Shown here piece by piece: positions 47,170-62,319 of a stretch of 64,000 nt of DNA (position 1 is the stretch's first letter; every line of letters starts with the position of its first letter). Under the pieces are notes generated by a model, which was not told the DNA's origin, made no database searches, and saw only the letters and a program-made list of their open reading frames with translations. Source of the stretch: Geosiphon pyriformis uo1 (Eukaryota; Fungi; Glomeromycota); the NCBI GenBank assembly GCA_016748015.1, contig JAAOMT010000275.1:124001-188000 (forward strand), given 5' to 3'. The translations under genes and the position numbers were made by a program.

Positions 47170-50100
47170 GTATTATGGAGATGCATGGTGTCAGTTTTGG
47201 TTTTTACAAGCCTTACAGTTTTTTTTCTGGTTTAATAGCTCTGTGTCTGTTATGATAGATTCATAGTGTTGCTCTGACTAGTCCAAGTGACTGGTTATGT
47301 GTAAAAAGCACATGATTTGTACTTAATTTAGATTACTTAGTTTGATATATTGTGCTAAATAACATTTGAGTCTTACTTATAAAATATTAATAAAAAAAAC
47401 CAAAAAAAACAAATAGTATATAAATTTATTTGAAAAATTTTTGAACAAATGAATCTTAAATTTTAATTACTTTCTAATTAAATAATTTTATTTTTCATAA
47501 ATACTTTTATTAATAAAGCTAAACTAAGTTCTATAATTAACAATAAACTATAAAACAGTTAAAACCAAATATAAAAATTGTTTATTAAAAATAGTTTTTT
47601 GTAAAATTATAAACAAAAAAATCTTATATTTAAATGTGTTTTCTTTAAACTAAAGCCAAAAAAATTTTTAATTAACAAATAAATTTTCAAATATTAATAA
47701 AATTTGCCAGTTTTTACAATTAATATTAAAGATTTATTTATATTTAAAAAAACATATTAGATTTTGAAGTTGATTAAAATAATTGCTGTTTTGTTTATAT
47801 TAATAATAATAATATTAATTATAAAAAATTTACTGACAATATTTAAAATATTTTGTGTTATTATATAATAGTTATTAATTCAAATCATATTAGTGATAAA
47901 AGTTTTAATAATCAAATACAAAATCAAATTTATGTTGCTTTTAATCTTGTTAATCTTTATTATAAACTTCAAAATTTATTTAATATCTGAAAAAAAACTT
48001 ATATTTTTTTATTTTACATAAAAAAAAATTATAAAAAATCTTTTACAAAAAAGAATAATAAAAATTTTTTGCAAAAAAAAAAACTTCATTTTAATTCAAG
48101 TTATTATAAACTTTGTACTTATTAAACAAATAAAAATTTGTTAAAATTTTATTAATATAGCTATTATATATATAATTAAAAACTTAATAAACTTAGTATA
48201 CATCTTTATTTTTTTCAAACTTTATTTTTTTATTATACTTTATAAATGAGATTCAAATACTATCTAATATTATACATCATATAAGTAATCTAAACTAGGT
48301 GTAAATCATGTTCTTACTACATATGACTAGCCACTCAGACTAATTAAAACAACACTATGCAAATATGTGAACTGAAACTAAATTATTAATACCTGAAAAA
48401 AATAAGCAAAACTTATGAAAACTAAAGTGAACACCAAAAGCTTTAGCAATTTCAAGTAACTTGACAACACCAACAGAAAACTCTAAAAATCAAAATAAAA
48501 GCCAAATTATTAAGTGGAATTAGTCTATTCTTCTCCATAAATACACAATGTTTAGTGCAAACTGACCAGATATTATCCTTAAAAGTAAGACAAAGAGCAC
48601 ACAAAAATTCCACAACTCTATAATTTGCAACTTTAAGATATGAAAGACAGAAATAGTCTCTTAAAGCCAACTCTCAAAAACAAAACTCTTACAAAAAGCT
48701 GTATACACAGAGACATCAGAAGCACAAGATAACAGAAGCTGGAAAACATAAAAAAAAGAGTGAGAAAGATCTGAAAGTTTCTTCTATTGAGCTGCATAGA
48801 CATCCAACAATTAATGGCAGATAGAGCTGTTAGTGTTGTAAAAGAATAAATAATCTGAAACTTTTATATTGTCACAGTACAAACATAAAACACTAGGGTA
48901 ATGTCTGTTATAAAAGCACTTCCAAACAGCAACAGGCAGCCAATGATACAAAGCCTTTATAAAATAAGTGTGCATGCCAGTAAAGGTTTTGCTTATAAAA
49001 CCTACTGTCATGTGTAAATTAGGATGTCACACCAAAGAAAAACTAAGCCAGTCAATATCTGAAAGTAAATTTCCTATTAGAAATTTAGAACCAGAACCAA
49101 TCTTCCAATGTACATGATGAACAGATCTAAAAATATTATGAGCAAAATATTTAAAATTACCAAAAACAATATTACTATCAGCCACAATATAGTGTCTTCT
49201 TAAATAGAGAGGAAGATACCAATCAGAAAAGGAAGCAGCAGCAGCAAGAGTGTCAGCACATTTATTTCTTAAATCACCTGAGTGATCTTTTACCTTGTGT
49301 CAATCTACTCTCAGATTCTTACTGCAAATAATGTCCACAATATGCTAATGTTCCACCCAATATTAATTGTAAAAATCAAAGCACACTAAAAGCAATTTTG
49401 ACTTGCATGCATCCAAAGCAGCCTGACTATCAGAAAACAAGTAAACTGAGCTAAAAGAGAGAACACATTTAAAAGCCAATACAATAGCTTATAACTCTGT
49501 TAAAATAGAAGACATTAAACCAGATACTCTAATACTCAAGCCCAAGTCAATGTCTTCAAAAATAACTGCAGCACCAGCTCTCCAATTAACAGTGTTCAAG
49601 TCTTTTAGAGATCCATCCATATATACAGACAGACAACCAGTATCAATACGAAACAGTAAACTACTAATTGATCTAAACTTGTGAAACTCAAGAACTTTCG
49701 AAGAACCAATACCACATTTAAAAAGAGAAAGATGAACAGGGAGAGAAGCTGTGTTATTGAAAAAAGCAATAAAAAGATTGAACCAATCAGGAATGGGGCT
49801 GTAAGAGTCCAGCTTCTTTTACTATTTGAAAGTTCTCCAACAAAAATATTACCACAACAGTCATGAAGCTAATTCATGAAGGCAATATTATAATATCAGA
49901 ATAAAGGGAAAAACCTGAAAAATTTAGACTTATCAAAAATAGATGACATGGGTATCCTATCCTGAAAATAAAAAGCATTGCTTGTAAGACCACTCAGAAA
50001 TAGATTATAATCAAGAAAAATACAAACCACTTCTGCCAAAAAGTTATTAAAAGGATTGACATGAATATAAACTAGAAAACACAAAGAATGAATAGAGTGC

Positions 50101-52454
50101 CAACACAAAACTTGCAAGTCATGAGATCTGTGAAAAAACAACTGACCCAAAATACCATCAGAGTTTACAAAACACACAAGTAACACCAATTTACATTCAA
50201 ATTAAATCTGCTCAAAAGTTTTCAAGCCATAAAAAAAAATGATAGATAGTATTACTTAAAAAATCAAAAAGTAGATCAGACTTTAATTTTAGATCTTTAT
50301 GGATTAAGGCATTTTACTTAATACACACACCAATAAGAATAAAGCTAAATTGTATTCTGTAGCTGACAATAAAATGAAGAATGGCTAACACCAAATATAA
50401 AAACTGCTTATCTAAGATGGTTTTTTTTAGTACAAGATTGGTAAAAAAACAAACATCAGAATGTGCTTTGGCCAAGCTAGGCTTTAAAAGACTATTAGTT
50501 GACAGAAAAATACCTAGATAATAATAAGATTTCTCTTTTTTGGCAACAAAAATAGATGAGCTACTGATAAAAAATATAGAACTAACAATTCTACAATTAA
50601 TAAGGATGACCACAGTCTTATTAGCATTGATAAAAATGTCATTAATCTGAAAAAATTCACTGGCAACATTGAAAATATGTTGCATAGTACTCAGACTGTT
50701 ATCAATCTAAATAGTATTATTAACAAAAGCTCCAGCAGCAAAAAAGAAAGACAACTTAGCACTAGATTCTACATAATTATTTTTTAAAATAAAATAAGAA
50801 TTCAATTTATATCCATACACACTTTCCTGTCTTTTAACTTCACAAAGAAGAGGATCATAAAATATGTATCAGAGAAGAAATGAAAAGATTTCTCCCTAAT
50901 CTAAACTATCATGCACATGGTAACTATTTGTCAAACCAAAGTTAGTTATGACTCTATTAAAGCAATTATTATGAATACTACCAAAGAAACAAATAAACTT
51001 ACTATACATCTTAATCCTAATCAAGCTTTTTTTGAAATGTCTCTAACTAACAGAATTGTAAGCCTTCTACATGTTTTATAAAACTAGCCAGAGTTCACAG
51101 TTTTTTTCCAAAGTATTCTTTATTACAGATCTAACTGCAAAAATGGGAGATTGTGTAGTCATATCTTTAAAAACTGAAAAATTATCTTTATAAAGAACAT
51201 TAAAGGTGCTACATGCCAACAAAATCTTATCAGACAGAATTTTGGAGAGAATTTTATGAGCTGTTTTAATTAGAGCAATAGGACAAGTATTCGTTAAAAC
51301 ACCTTTCTAATTATATGGCTTGGGAATTATTGAGATCTAAGCTTCTTTCCAAGAATTGGGCACTGATTTGTTAGACAAGCAAATGTTCAAAAACACCAAA
51401 AACATATCTAAAACAGATTTGTTACAGTGTTTCCAAAACTTATTTGGGATACCAGAAAGACCAGTGGCTTTGCTATTGGACAGATTGAAAATCACACAAA
51501 ACAATTCATCAAAGCCAACTAGGCACATAACATCTGAAAAAACATTATTAAAAACTTGTTCTAATAATTGGTATTAACGAGACCAATCACTAGAGATATT
51601 AGAAACTACTATATGCTTTTTAGTTCATTCCTCCATAATCATGTCTACCTTGGTCTTTACCAGATCAGATTCCAGAATCAATTCATCATCAATGATTAGA
51701 TGATCTAATTCTACTTTATGAAAAGGACATTCCAAAACACTTTTAATAGTATAACTCTTATCAGAAACAAAACTTTCAATTCATTTTTCAATAACAGATC
51801 TAATACCTAACTTTTTAGCTCTCAAAAATTCAATAAGCTTGGAAGCATGATAAAACTTCCTTATGCCAGAAAGAGCAGATCTCATGTGATTGAAATTAGT
51901 ACCAGATTTCATCAGAGCCTAAATAGTTAAAGTTTTGTCAAAGTCTAAAACCATCCAGCTGTTTATTAAAGATGCAAACTCAACATTGCACTTCTTATGA
52001 AAAGCCTTAACAATTCTTGAAACTCCAATTTGTAAAATTTAGAGAATTCTTTGGTAAAAACACTATTGAAGCCCTTGAACCATTTTTTCTTAAATTTTTC
52101 TCTAACCAAAAAGATTATCACTTTGTGAATAATGTTCTACATAGCATCCAAATCTGAAAATTTATTAAAAAAAACAAACTCATTAGAGAACAAAACTGTA
52201 TTAGCCACTATAGCATCCTTAAATTTAGCACATTTTGTCTTATCAGTGTGTTTGATATTAAACTTCTAATGGTTTTTATTAACCTATTTGTGTAAAAAAT
52301 TCAGATATACATCCAATAGACCACCCAAACTGACAAAAACAAAAACTGCTTGGTAATCTGTGTTAAAGTAATTGCTAACATCTTTAATTTCACAATTCAC
52401 TATTGCATTAACCAAGTTTGAAGAGATAAACATATAATCAATTGTTTTAAACAC

Positions 52455-53354
52455 TGTTATTTGAATAGAAAAACCAAAAAGCTATGGAAAAACGTGACAA
52501 AAAAACATGACAAGAAAAACACAGTACAACTTGAAATAACATAAGACAAACATGAGCAATAGCTAGCAATAACAAGCAATAGCTAACAAAACAATAGCTA
52601 GTAATAGTAAAGCAATTGAAAGCAATCCTGTAAAACCAAAAAAATGTATAAAAGCAAGTAGTTGTAGAAGTTGAAAAGACAATTAGTTAGCAATTAATTT
52701 TACTTTGTATTATACTTATTATATATCCATAGTCCGAAATACAATAATTATCAAAAAAACAAAAAAAATTCAATTTACCAATTCATGTTCTTCAATCTTA
52801 TGGATTTTAATTGAAATTAAAATCAGTATTTCTTATTTTTATTCTGGAACAGATGCTATTAGCATAAACACCTCAAACTCTTAATGATTTGGACCAATTA
52901 CTCTTGATTATGGCAATTGACAGGAACTAATTCTTTTTTTTTTCTTTCTTTATTTTTTTTTTTTTCTTCTTTTGTTTGGAATGGCAACATAGAAAAATCG
53001 ACTGTCTTGGAATAGACTTTGTGATAGCCTAATAAAAAAAAGAAGCTCTTCCTAAGTTTTGGATATTAATGTTATTTTGGTAGCTTACCAGAAGGGCAAA
53101 AAAACAATGCTGGACCCTAATGACTGCACTCATTAGTGCAGAGAAAAAAGCTCACATTTACAGAAAACATTGTAATCAACAAAAGACAAACTTTGTGCCT
53201 TATAACCAAAGAACTCAATGGGTAGATTCACATCCAAGAATAAACTTTTAGAGACTGATAACACTGCTACTGTGGAAGAAGCAGACAACTTTGAAAGACC
53301 CAAAAATAGAGCACTAAATATTACCACCATACACTATTTAGTTTATCTGTAACA
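52455..53354 (+). repeat. Element E 5' LTR
   Basis: TGTTA...TGTAACA; repeat of 61462-62319. Confidence 0.92.
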
Positions 53355-54581
53355 TTTGGTGTTCCCTGTAAGATTATAAATCCACAGAAACAGAATACTC
53401 CAGAAATACACAAAAGTGATAACTATTAGAACAATAGGAAAGGACCACTCCTTATATGGAAGAACACTATTTCAATACTTTCAAAAAGATCTAGAAATAC
53501 TAGCAGAAACTACTATTACAGAAAGTGATTTTTGCAACTATATTAATGCAAAAATCAATTACTTGTTAGGCTGCACAACTAATACAGGGAAACTTAAAGA
53601 AGAAATCTATTAAAGCTTACTAGGATACTTAACAACTACAACTACTTGAGTAATTGCTGAAACTATATACATAGTCGATACAGACATTAAACACTACATG
53701 ACAAAACAATTCTCTCAAGTACAACAACCAGTAGAATCTGATCTGGAGAAATATAAGTATGGATCTAATAATCCCACAACTGCCCAAGACAAGTCCATAG
53801 TTAACAAGAAACCAAGGTTCCTCTCTCCAATAACTTTTTCATATCATCAGATACTCCAAAATAGAATTGTATTCAACCTACCTCTGGAAATCCAGTCAGA
53901 AACACCACAAACTCCTGAAAATCCACACCCTTGGGGTCAACACAGTTGGACCAAATCACTAGGAGAATACAGATTACTGTTTGGAAATCTTACCCCAACA
54001 GCCAGTTAACCAGAAGGAAACATGTCAACTTGAGAACAACCACCAGCACAAAACCCAGCAGAATCAGCATCTTTCCTGACAGAAGAAACAGCTATCCTAC
54101 AACCTATTGGTTTAAGTGACAAAGAAAAACAACCAGCATTAGCATCTAGAAAACACTCAAATACATGGACACTAATCTTCTTAAATGTAACCAATAACAC
54201 CTTACCCATTAACCAGATTATGGCTTACTGAGATATTGTTAAGTTAGAAAAATTCTCAGGGGAAGAAAACAACATGTATTTGTGGATTGCAAAAGCTGAG
54301 AAAGCAATTACTGCAAACAACTGGGATGATAACAGAGCTATTCAAGCACTACCATTTTTTCTAACCAGAACCACAGACTTATGATATCAAGGTCTTACAA
54401 AAAAACCAACTGACTTTAGTACCTTTAAGCTTGCTTTTCTATAATACTTTTGCGACCCCAATACTTTAATTTGATTGCAGAATCAATTCAGTATAATTAA
54501 ACAAAAAGATCATGAAGCAGTAATTACTTATCTTGGACAATTTAATCAAATCCTTCATCAAATATTAGCTATTAAAAGAGA

Positions 54582-54601
54582 NNNNNNNNNNNNNNNNNNN
54601 N
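54582..54601. other. Assembly gap (20 N) between exact duplicates 52510-54581 and 54602-56673
   Basis: Identical sequence at offset 2092; the ORF track repeats exactly. Confidence 0.95.
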
Positions 54602-55499
54602 ACAAGAAAAACACAGTACAACTTGAAATAACATAAGACAAACATGAGCAATAGCTAGCAATAACAAGCAATAGCTAACAAAACAATAGCTAGTAATAGT
54701 AAAGCAATTGAAAGCAATCCTGTAAAACCAAAAAAATGTATAAAAGCAAGTAGTTGTAGAAGTTGAAAAGACAATTAGTTAGCAATTAATTTTACTTTGT
54801 ATTATACTTATTATATATCCATAGTCCGAAATACAATAATTATCAAAAAAACAAAAAAAATTCAATTTACCAATTCATGTTCTTCAATCTTATGGATTTT
54901 AATTGAAATTAAAATCAGTATTTCTTATTTTTATTCTGGAACAGATGCTATTAGCATAAACACCTCAAACTCTTAATGATTTGGACCAATTACTCTTGAT
55001 TATGGCAATTGACAGGAACTAATTCTTTTTTTTTTCTTTCTTTATTTTTTTTTTTTTCTTCTTTTGTTTGGAATGGCAACATAGAAAAATCGACTGTCTT
55101 GGAATAGACTTTGTGATAGCCTAATAAAAAAAAGAAGCTCTTCCTAAGTTTTGGATATTAATGTTATTTTGGTAGCTTACCAGAAGGGCAAAAAAACAAT
55201 GCTGGACCCTAATGACTGCACTCATTAGTGCAGAGAAAAAAGCTCACATTTACAGAAAACATTGTAATCAACAAAAGACAAACTTTGTGCCTTATAACCA
55301 AAGAACTCAATGGGTAGATTCACATCCAAGAATAAACTTTTAGAGACTGATAACACTGCTACTGTGGAAGAAGCAGACAACTTTGAAAGACCCAAAAATA
55401 GAGCACTAAATATTACCACCATACACTATTTAGTTTATCTGTAACATTTGGTGTTCCCTGTAAGATTATAAATCCACAGAAACAGAATACTCCAGAAAT

Positions 55500-58400
55500 A
55501 CACAAAAGTGATAACTATTAGAACAATAGGAAAGGACCACTCCTTATATGGAAGAACACTATTTCAATACTTTCAAAAAGATCTAGAAATACTAGCAGAA
55601 ACTACTATTACAGAAAGTGATTTTTGCAACTATATTAATGCAAAAATCAATTACTTGTTAGGCTGCACAACTAATACAGGGAAACTTAAAGAAGAAATCT
55701 ATTAAAGCTTACTAGGATACTTAACAACTACAACTACTTGAGTAATTGCTGAAACTATATACATAGTCGATACAGACATTAAACACTACATGACAAAACA
55801 ATTCTCTCAAGTACAACAACCAGTAGAATCTGATCTGGAGAAATATAAGTATGGATCTAATAATCCCACAACTGCCCAAGACAAGTCCATAGTTAACAAG
55901 AAACCAAGGTTCCTCTCTCCAATAACTTTTTCATATCATCAGATACTCCAAAATAGAATTGTATTCAACCTACCTCTGGAAATCCAGTCAGAAACACCAC
56001 AAACTCCTGAAAATCCACACCCTTGGGGTCAACACAGTTGGACCAAATCACTAGGAGAATACAGATTACTGTTTGGAAATCTTACCCCAACAGCCAGTTA
56101 ACCAGAAGGAAACATGTCAACTTGAGAACAACCACCAGCACAAAACCCAGCAGAATCAGCATCTTTCCTGACAGAAGAAACAGCTATCCTACAACCTATT
56201 GGTTTAAGTGACAAAGAAAAACAACCAGCATTAGCATCTAGAAAACACTCAAATACATGGACACTAATCTTCTTAAATGTAACCAATAACACCTTACCCA
56301 TTAACCAGATTATGGCTTACTGAGATATTGTTAAGTTAGAAAAATTCTCAGGGGAAGAAAACAACATGTATTTGTGGATTGCAAAAGCTGAGAAAGCAAT
56401 TACTGCAAACAACTGGGATGATAACAGAGCTATTCAAGCACTACCATTTTTTCTAACCAGAACCACAGACTTATGATATCAAGGTCTTACAAAAAAACCA
56501 ACTGACTTTAGTACCTTTAAGCTTGCTTTTCTATAATACTTTTGCGACCCCAATACTTTAATTTGATTGCAGAATCAATTCAGTATAATTAAACAAAAAG
56601 ATCATGAAGCAGTAATTACTTATCTTGGACAATTTAATCAAATCCTTCATCAAATATTAGCTATTAAAAGAGACTACTACACCATGGCACAAGTTCTTAA
56701 TCAATTCATTAAAGGATTGCAGAGTAGTATTCTAAGATTTGTAAGACTTTGTCATCCAACCAATTTACAAGATGCTATTGCTTTTGCTCGCAATTTTGAG
56801 TCTACAAAACAAGAAGTGAATCATACCTAAGCCATTAATTTAGCCATTAATAGAACCTCTGACATTGACACAAAAATAAAAAACTAACTCAGAAAATTGA
56901 GGGATTCTTAGCTAAAACTGCAGGAACTTACCAACCACCACAATGGAGAAAAAATAACAACAATAGTAGATACCCACAGCAACAGAACTGTCAGCAACAG
57001 CAACAATCTTGGAGACCCAATTCTTACAACTGTTACTACTGCCAGAAACCTGGACACATTGCCCATAACTGCAGAAAAAAAATAATGAACCAAAATCAAG
57101 AAAACCAATACCAACAACCAAGATATTAGCAAAACATGGTATCCCAATATTCTATCTCTCAAAACCAACCACCTTAGTATGCACAACAAGTTCTATACAC
57201 TCAATCACTACCCTAGAATTATTATCAATTATCACCAATAATACAAACAATCTTTCATTATCAAACTCCCCTTTACAGCCAGTTTAAATCTCAAGTTATA
57301 GACTATAATCAAGGATAGAAAAATCCCAACAACAATCAGATGCAAACCAACAGTAGACTATCTTAACCAATTCTTTGTGGTCCTGTCCAATTTTGACCAG
57401 CACCAACCAGATATCCGAATCAAGCTTCCTATTTCAGTCTCATGGAAGACCAGAGTTTTGATAAATCTACACCTATAGAAGGAAAGAATATAGAACAAAT
57501 CTCTCAACCTTCCAAGCAAACAAAAAGCAATATCTTACCAGCCACTATTACTAAGAACACCACCTTAGCTGCCATATTTTCTTTTAACATTAATAATTTG
57601 AACATCCATAGTCTTTTTAGTGGAGCAGTTATCAATCAGGATAAACTAATAATGGCCCTATATACTGATGCCAGAGTTAGAGGAATAGACATTAAATTAA
57701 TCCTGAATAGTAGATCAGCTGGTAGCATAATCACAAAGCAGCTCATAGACCAACTAGATCATTGAATAGATTATGCTGCTACTATTCGGATCATTACAGC
57801 AAATAAAAACACAAAAACACCAATAGAAGAAATTAACAACTTTCTCTTCAAAATTAATGAAATCCAGATCCCTACCAAAATACTCATCATGGAAGCTACT
57901 TAATATCAAGCTCTAGTAAAAAATGATTGGTTGTTAAAAGCCAATGCTACTCTTAACTGGAACACCCAAGAACTTCAACTCACATTCAACAGACAGTATG
58001 CCCAAGTCCCAGCTATGTGCAGACACTTTAAAACCCAATATACTGAAGAATTCCTTATTGAATTTGAAGACACAACATTACTACTGACTATTAGAATCTA
58101 TCAGGTTTTATAAGCAAACGATTATCAAACTGAACTACTCCCACCACCAATCTGGAAAGAAAAAAGAAAAGGCAGAGCTGAAAAAAACCCCAATTGTCAT
58201 TACTAAGATATGTAACCTCAGACCAAAGAAATCTATTTTACCAATCTCCAAGACTAATATGTGTTGATTGTAGAAAGAAGCTATCCACTATGAGCATATA
58301 TATTGGAGACAACAAAGAATGGCCCACTACTACCAAATACTACTGCAGATCTTGTGTACTGGAAAGATTTGGACAACTAAAATAACAAGGCAAGTGGAAC

Positions 58401-60630
58401 AACATGTTATGACTTGCATGTAGCAAGATCCTGCCCAATAAAAGACTCTGGAATAATGTGTCTGGCAGAGGAGGAACATGTGATGAGGCTTGTCAATACA
58501 CCATATTAATCAACAATTGGATACAAAAGGGAATCTCTATCAAGGATGCTTAGAAATAAGCACTCAATAGGCTAAATGATTATCCATATGATAATCACAA
58601 AATCTGAAGAATGGCAAGCACCAAAGCCAAAAATACCACACCCGAAAAGATACAAGAAATCAAGAACAACTTTTGAATGTCCGAATAAATGGATTCGACT
58701 ACTTTATGGATGATTTTTTTACAGATAATCCTGATGTATTTTAAAACCAATATCAAGAATTGGCCCTGACCTAGAAAAAGCAAAAACAGTGGCTAGTTAA
58801 TCTAAATACCAAACTATGCAATCACTGCTTAATTCCTTGTCACTTCTAATACTGCAACAAGTACCCAAATTTTACCAAACATTTCATTGTTGCTATGAAT
58901 GCCTCAAAAAATGCACTAGAAGCCATCTTATTTCAGATTGAACCAGACAAAAGAGAACATCTAATTGTATATGCTAGCTGTAGCACAAGTCCAGTGGAAA
59001 AAATATATAGTGCAACAGACTTGGAATGTCTTGCCATTTATTAAGCAGTACAAACCTAAAGACATTACCTGAGCCAATTATTTGACCTATATACTAATCA
59101 TAAAGAATTAATCTGGCTACTCAATAACCCACAACTGGAAGAAAAATATGCAAGATGGGGTACTTATCTGTAACAATTCTCATTTAAAGTTCATTACAAG
59201 AAAGGATTCAAGAACACCAACACTGACAGTTTGTCGAGAATGCCACAAATCTAATCTCAGACCCATGAACACACTTACTTATCAGCAATTACATCAGTAT
59301 CTATTGACACTATGTTTCAAGAAGATTTTATCTCAACAGGAACAAAATACCATATAGAAACAAGTGCAAAATTACTTTATTCAAAATAACCAACTCTATC
59401 ATCAAAAACAACAAAACCATACCACTCCACAATAGTTGATTAAGGACAGTGAAAAAGAAGCTATATTATATAGTATGTATTCCAATCCAACTGCAAGACA
59501 CTTTAACAAAGATATAACTCTGGAAAGAACAACAAATCTATACTATTGGCCTATAATATATAAAGATATCTTTAAATATGTTCTCAATTGTGACTTATGT
59601 TAGTAAAGAGGAGAAGCCAGAATAATGGAACCACTTTGACCCATTACAATTGGAAATCTATTTAATAGAATTAAGATTGATTTGGTTGGTCTTCTCTTGA
59701 TTACATTCAAAAGAAATTGTTATATTATGGTAGTCATAGATTACTTGACAAAATGGCCAGAAGCCAGAGCAATTCAAGTAGCTGATGCCAAAACAGTAGC
59801 TAAATTTATATACCAAGATCTAATATACAGACATGGATGCCCAAAAAAATTGTTATTGGATCAAAGAACACATTTTGTCAATACTACATTAACTAAATTG
59901 TGTTAACAATTGGATATAAAATGACTTTTATTGTCACTTTATCACCCACAAACAAATGAACTGGTAAAATGGTTTAACAGAATATTATGTGAAGCATTAA
60001 CAAAAATAAGTTATGAAAATGAACAAGAATAGAACTTATTCATATCTTCTGTACTCTTTGCATATTGAACATTAAAGCAAAATACAATACAGTTTACACT
60101 ATTTAAATTAGTTTATGGAAGAAAAGCAATACTATCTATTGAACAAAAAATAGCATCCTATCCAACAAAAACTATCAACAAAGAAAATTTTGAAGCTACC
60201 TTATGCCAAAAAATGTACTAGCTAATGAAAACATTAGAAAACAATTATAAAACAGTAGCTGACAATATTAGTAATGCTCAAAAATGACAAAAAGAAAGAC
60301 ATGACAATTACCTATCTGAACAACCAATGGAATTTAAAATTGGAAACCAAGTATTGTTATATTGTACAAAAGTAAAGAAACAATAGAGCAGAAAGTTTGA
60401 CCTAAAGTAGAATGGCCCATTCCATATACACGAAACTTTAAAAAATGGAGCTTACAAATTACAATTGGAAAACAGAATTTTAAAGAAAGTAGCTCATGGG
60501 AATCAATTAAAAATTTATCATGTGAAACAACAGTTATTGTCATTAGTACCTTAACTAGGAACACAAATTCTATTAATCAGACCAGAAAATATACCATGAG
60601 ATCTAGAACCAATCATCATCATTAAAACAT
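55500..60630 (+). pseudogene. Element E gag-PR-Cys-rich-RNaseH-integrase remnants
   Basis: CYYCQKPGHIAHNC knuckle, CVDC/YCRSC motifs, YPNFTKHF RNase H start, VIDYLTKWPEA, YHPQTN. Confidence 0.85.
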
Positions 60631-60715
60631 AGGCAATATGTAGCAAATTAAATTAGAAAATTCAAGTATATATACTACCCAGAAAACAATGAGAAAACAA
60701 TAAAATCTTTTCAAT

Positions 60716-61449
60716 ATGGACCTTTCAGATCAAATTCTACAACTTTTAAAACAACTGTTTGATGCAATTCAACAATCTTCTGCTCAAATAGAAATCATAA
60801 TTAATAAAAAAAAAATATAATACAGGGATAGAAGCAAGAAAGAGGTGGATGAGAATTCAACTAGAACTAAGCTGTCTCACCTCTACAAGCAAATCTCTCT
60901 CTACAAAAGAAAAAAAAAAGGGATATAGCGTAAATAGAACCCAACACAGCTAAAGAAAAGGAAAAAATAACAGAAATAGAACTGTGTTAAGTAAGAATTG
61001 AAAAAATAAGAGAGAGTCTGAACAGACAAACACTGGAGCCAGTAACAGGAGAATGGACACCTAAAAATACAAAGAAATGGAAAAAAAAACTTTTATTCAT
61101 CTATTGGCTATTTAAAATTGGGTTATAATTAAGATTAAATAGTCCATATAAAGACTTCAACCATTGAATAATCAACAAAAAAACCTGCAAACAAGTAGAA
61201 AAATTTGTGAAAAGAAACAACTTAAATCTATATTACAAAGCAACATACTGACTATATTCAGCATTTAAATACTGTCCAACAGTATTACTAAACAAAACTT
61301 TGAAAACTATCACAGTTAACAACATAAGACAGATGACAAACACCCAATTTGAAGTTCTACAAAAAGCAATACTAGAGGCAACATTCAAGTTCTTTATGGA
61401 AAACACAAACTTGGCTGAAATAGATGATTTTACAGGAGCTCAATTTTAA
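60716..61449 (+). pseudogene. Element E accessory ORF3
   Basis: MDLSDQILQLLKQLFDAIQQSSAQIEIII; IGYLKLGY; KTITVNNIRQM; ends FTGAQF* at the PPT; TATATATA at 60667-60674. Confidence 0.7.
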
Positions 61450-61461
61450 AAAAAGAAATAA

Positions 61462-62319
61462 TGTTACTTAAGTAGAAAAACCAAAAAGCTATGGGAAAAC
61501 GTGACAAAGAAACATGACAAAAACACAGTACAACTTGAAATAACATAGGACAAACGTGAGCAATAGCTAGCAATAACAAAACAATAGCTAGCAATAGTAA
61601 AGCAATTGAAAGCAATCCTGTAAAACCAAAAGAATATATAAAAGCAAGTAGTTGTAGAAGTTGAAAAAACAGTTAGTTAACAATTGATTTTATTTTGTAT
61701 TATACTTATTATATATCCATAGTTCGAAATACAATAATTATCAAAAAAACAAAAAAAAATCCAATTTACCAATTCATGTTTTCCAATCTTATAGATTTTA
61801 ATTGAAATTAAAATCAGTATTTTCTATCTTTGTTCTGGAACAGATGCCATTAGTATAAACATCTCAAACCCTTAATAATTTGGACCAATTGCTCTTAATC
61901 ATGGCAATTGATAAGAATTAATTTTTTTTTTTCTTTTGTTTGGAGTGGCAACATAAGAAAATTAACTGTCTTGAAATAGACTTCATGATAGCTTGGTAAA
62001 AGAGAAAAGCTTCTTCTAAGTTTTGGATATTAACATTATTTTGGTAGCTTACTAGAAGAGTAAAAAAACAATGCTAGACCTTAACAACTGCACTTATTAG
62101 TATGAAAAAAAAAAGCTCACATTTATGAAAAACATTGTAATTTACAAAAAACAAACTCTGTGCCTTATAACCAAAGAACTCAGCAGGTAGACTCACATTC
62201 AGGAATAGAACTTCAGAGACTGATAACACTAACAATATAGAAGAAGCAGACAATCTTGAAAGATCTAAAAATAGAGCACCAAACATTACCATCATATCTT
62301 ACTTAGTTTACCCATAACA
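61462..62319 (+). repeat. Element E 3' LTR
   Basis: Direct repeat of 52455-53354; preceded by a purine tract. Confidence 0.92.

Larger units (their letters stand above)
30960..47400 (+). mobile_element. Near full-length LINE copy 2, heavily decayed, with three LTR insertions
   Basis: ORF1 with RRM-like segments and CCHC knuckle; ORF2 APE-RT-RNaseH-CCHC; stop at 47264-47266; 3' UTR and A-tail. 5' boundary is approximate. Confidence 0.85.
52455..62319 (+). mobile_element. Ty3/gypsy LTR retrotransposon E, internally deleted (lacks RT)
   Basis: LTRs 52455-53354 and 61462-62319; PBS TGGTGTTCCCTGTAAGA at 53357-53373; TSD ACAC/ATAC; gag, PR (LILNSRSAGSII), Cys-rich domain, RNase H, IN, ORF3. Confidence 0.9.

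Noticed and set aside
53133-53330. Recurrent small ORFs in LTRs (53133-53330, 55225-55422, 62074-62295, 20867-21091) and antisense ORFs over gag/pol
   Set aside because: Recurrence is explained by LTR duplication and the assembly duplicate. No recognisable motifs; most begin at non-ATG codons or are shadows of TE frames
52455-62319. Genuine tandem (three-LTR) retrotransposon
   Set aside because: The extra LTR and gag copy is identical to the first and abuts an N gap, so it is likely an assembly artefact
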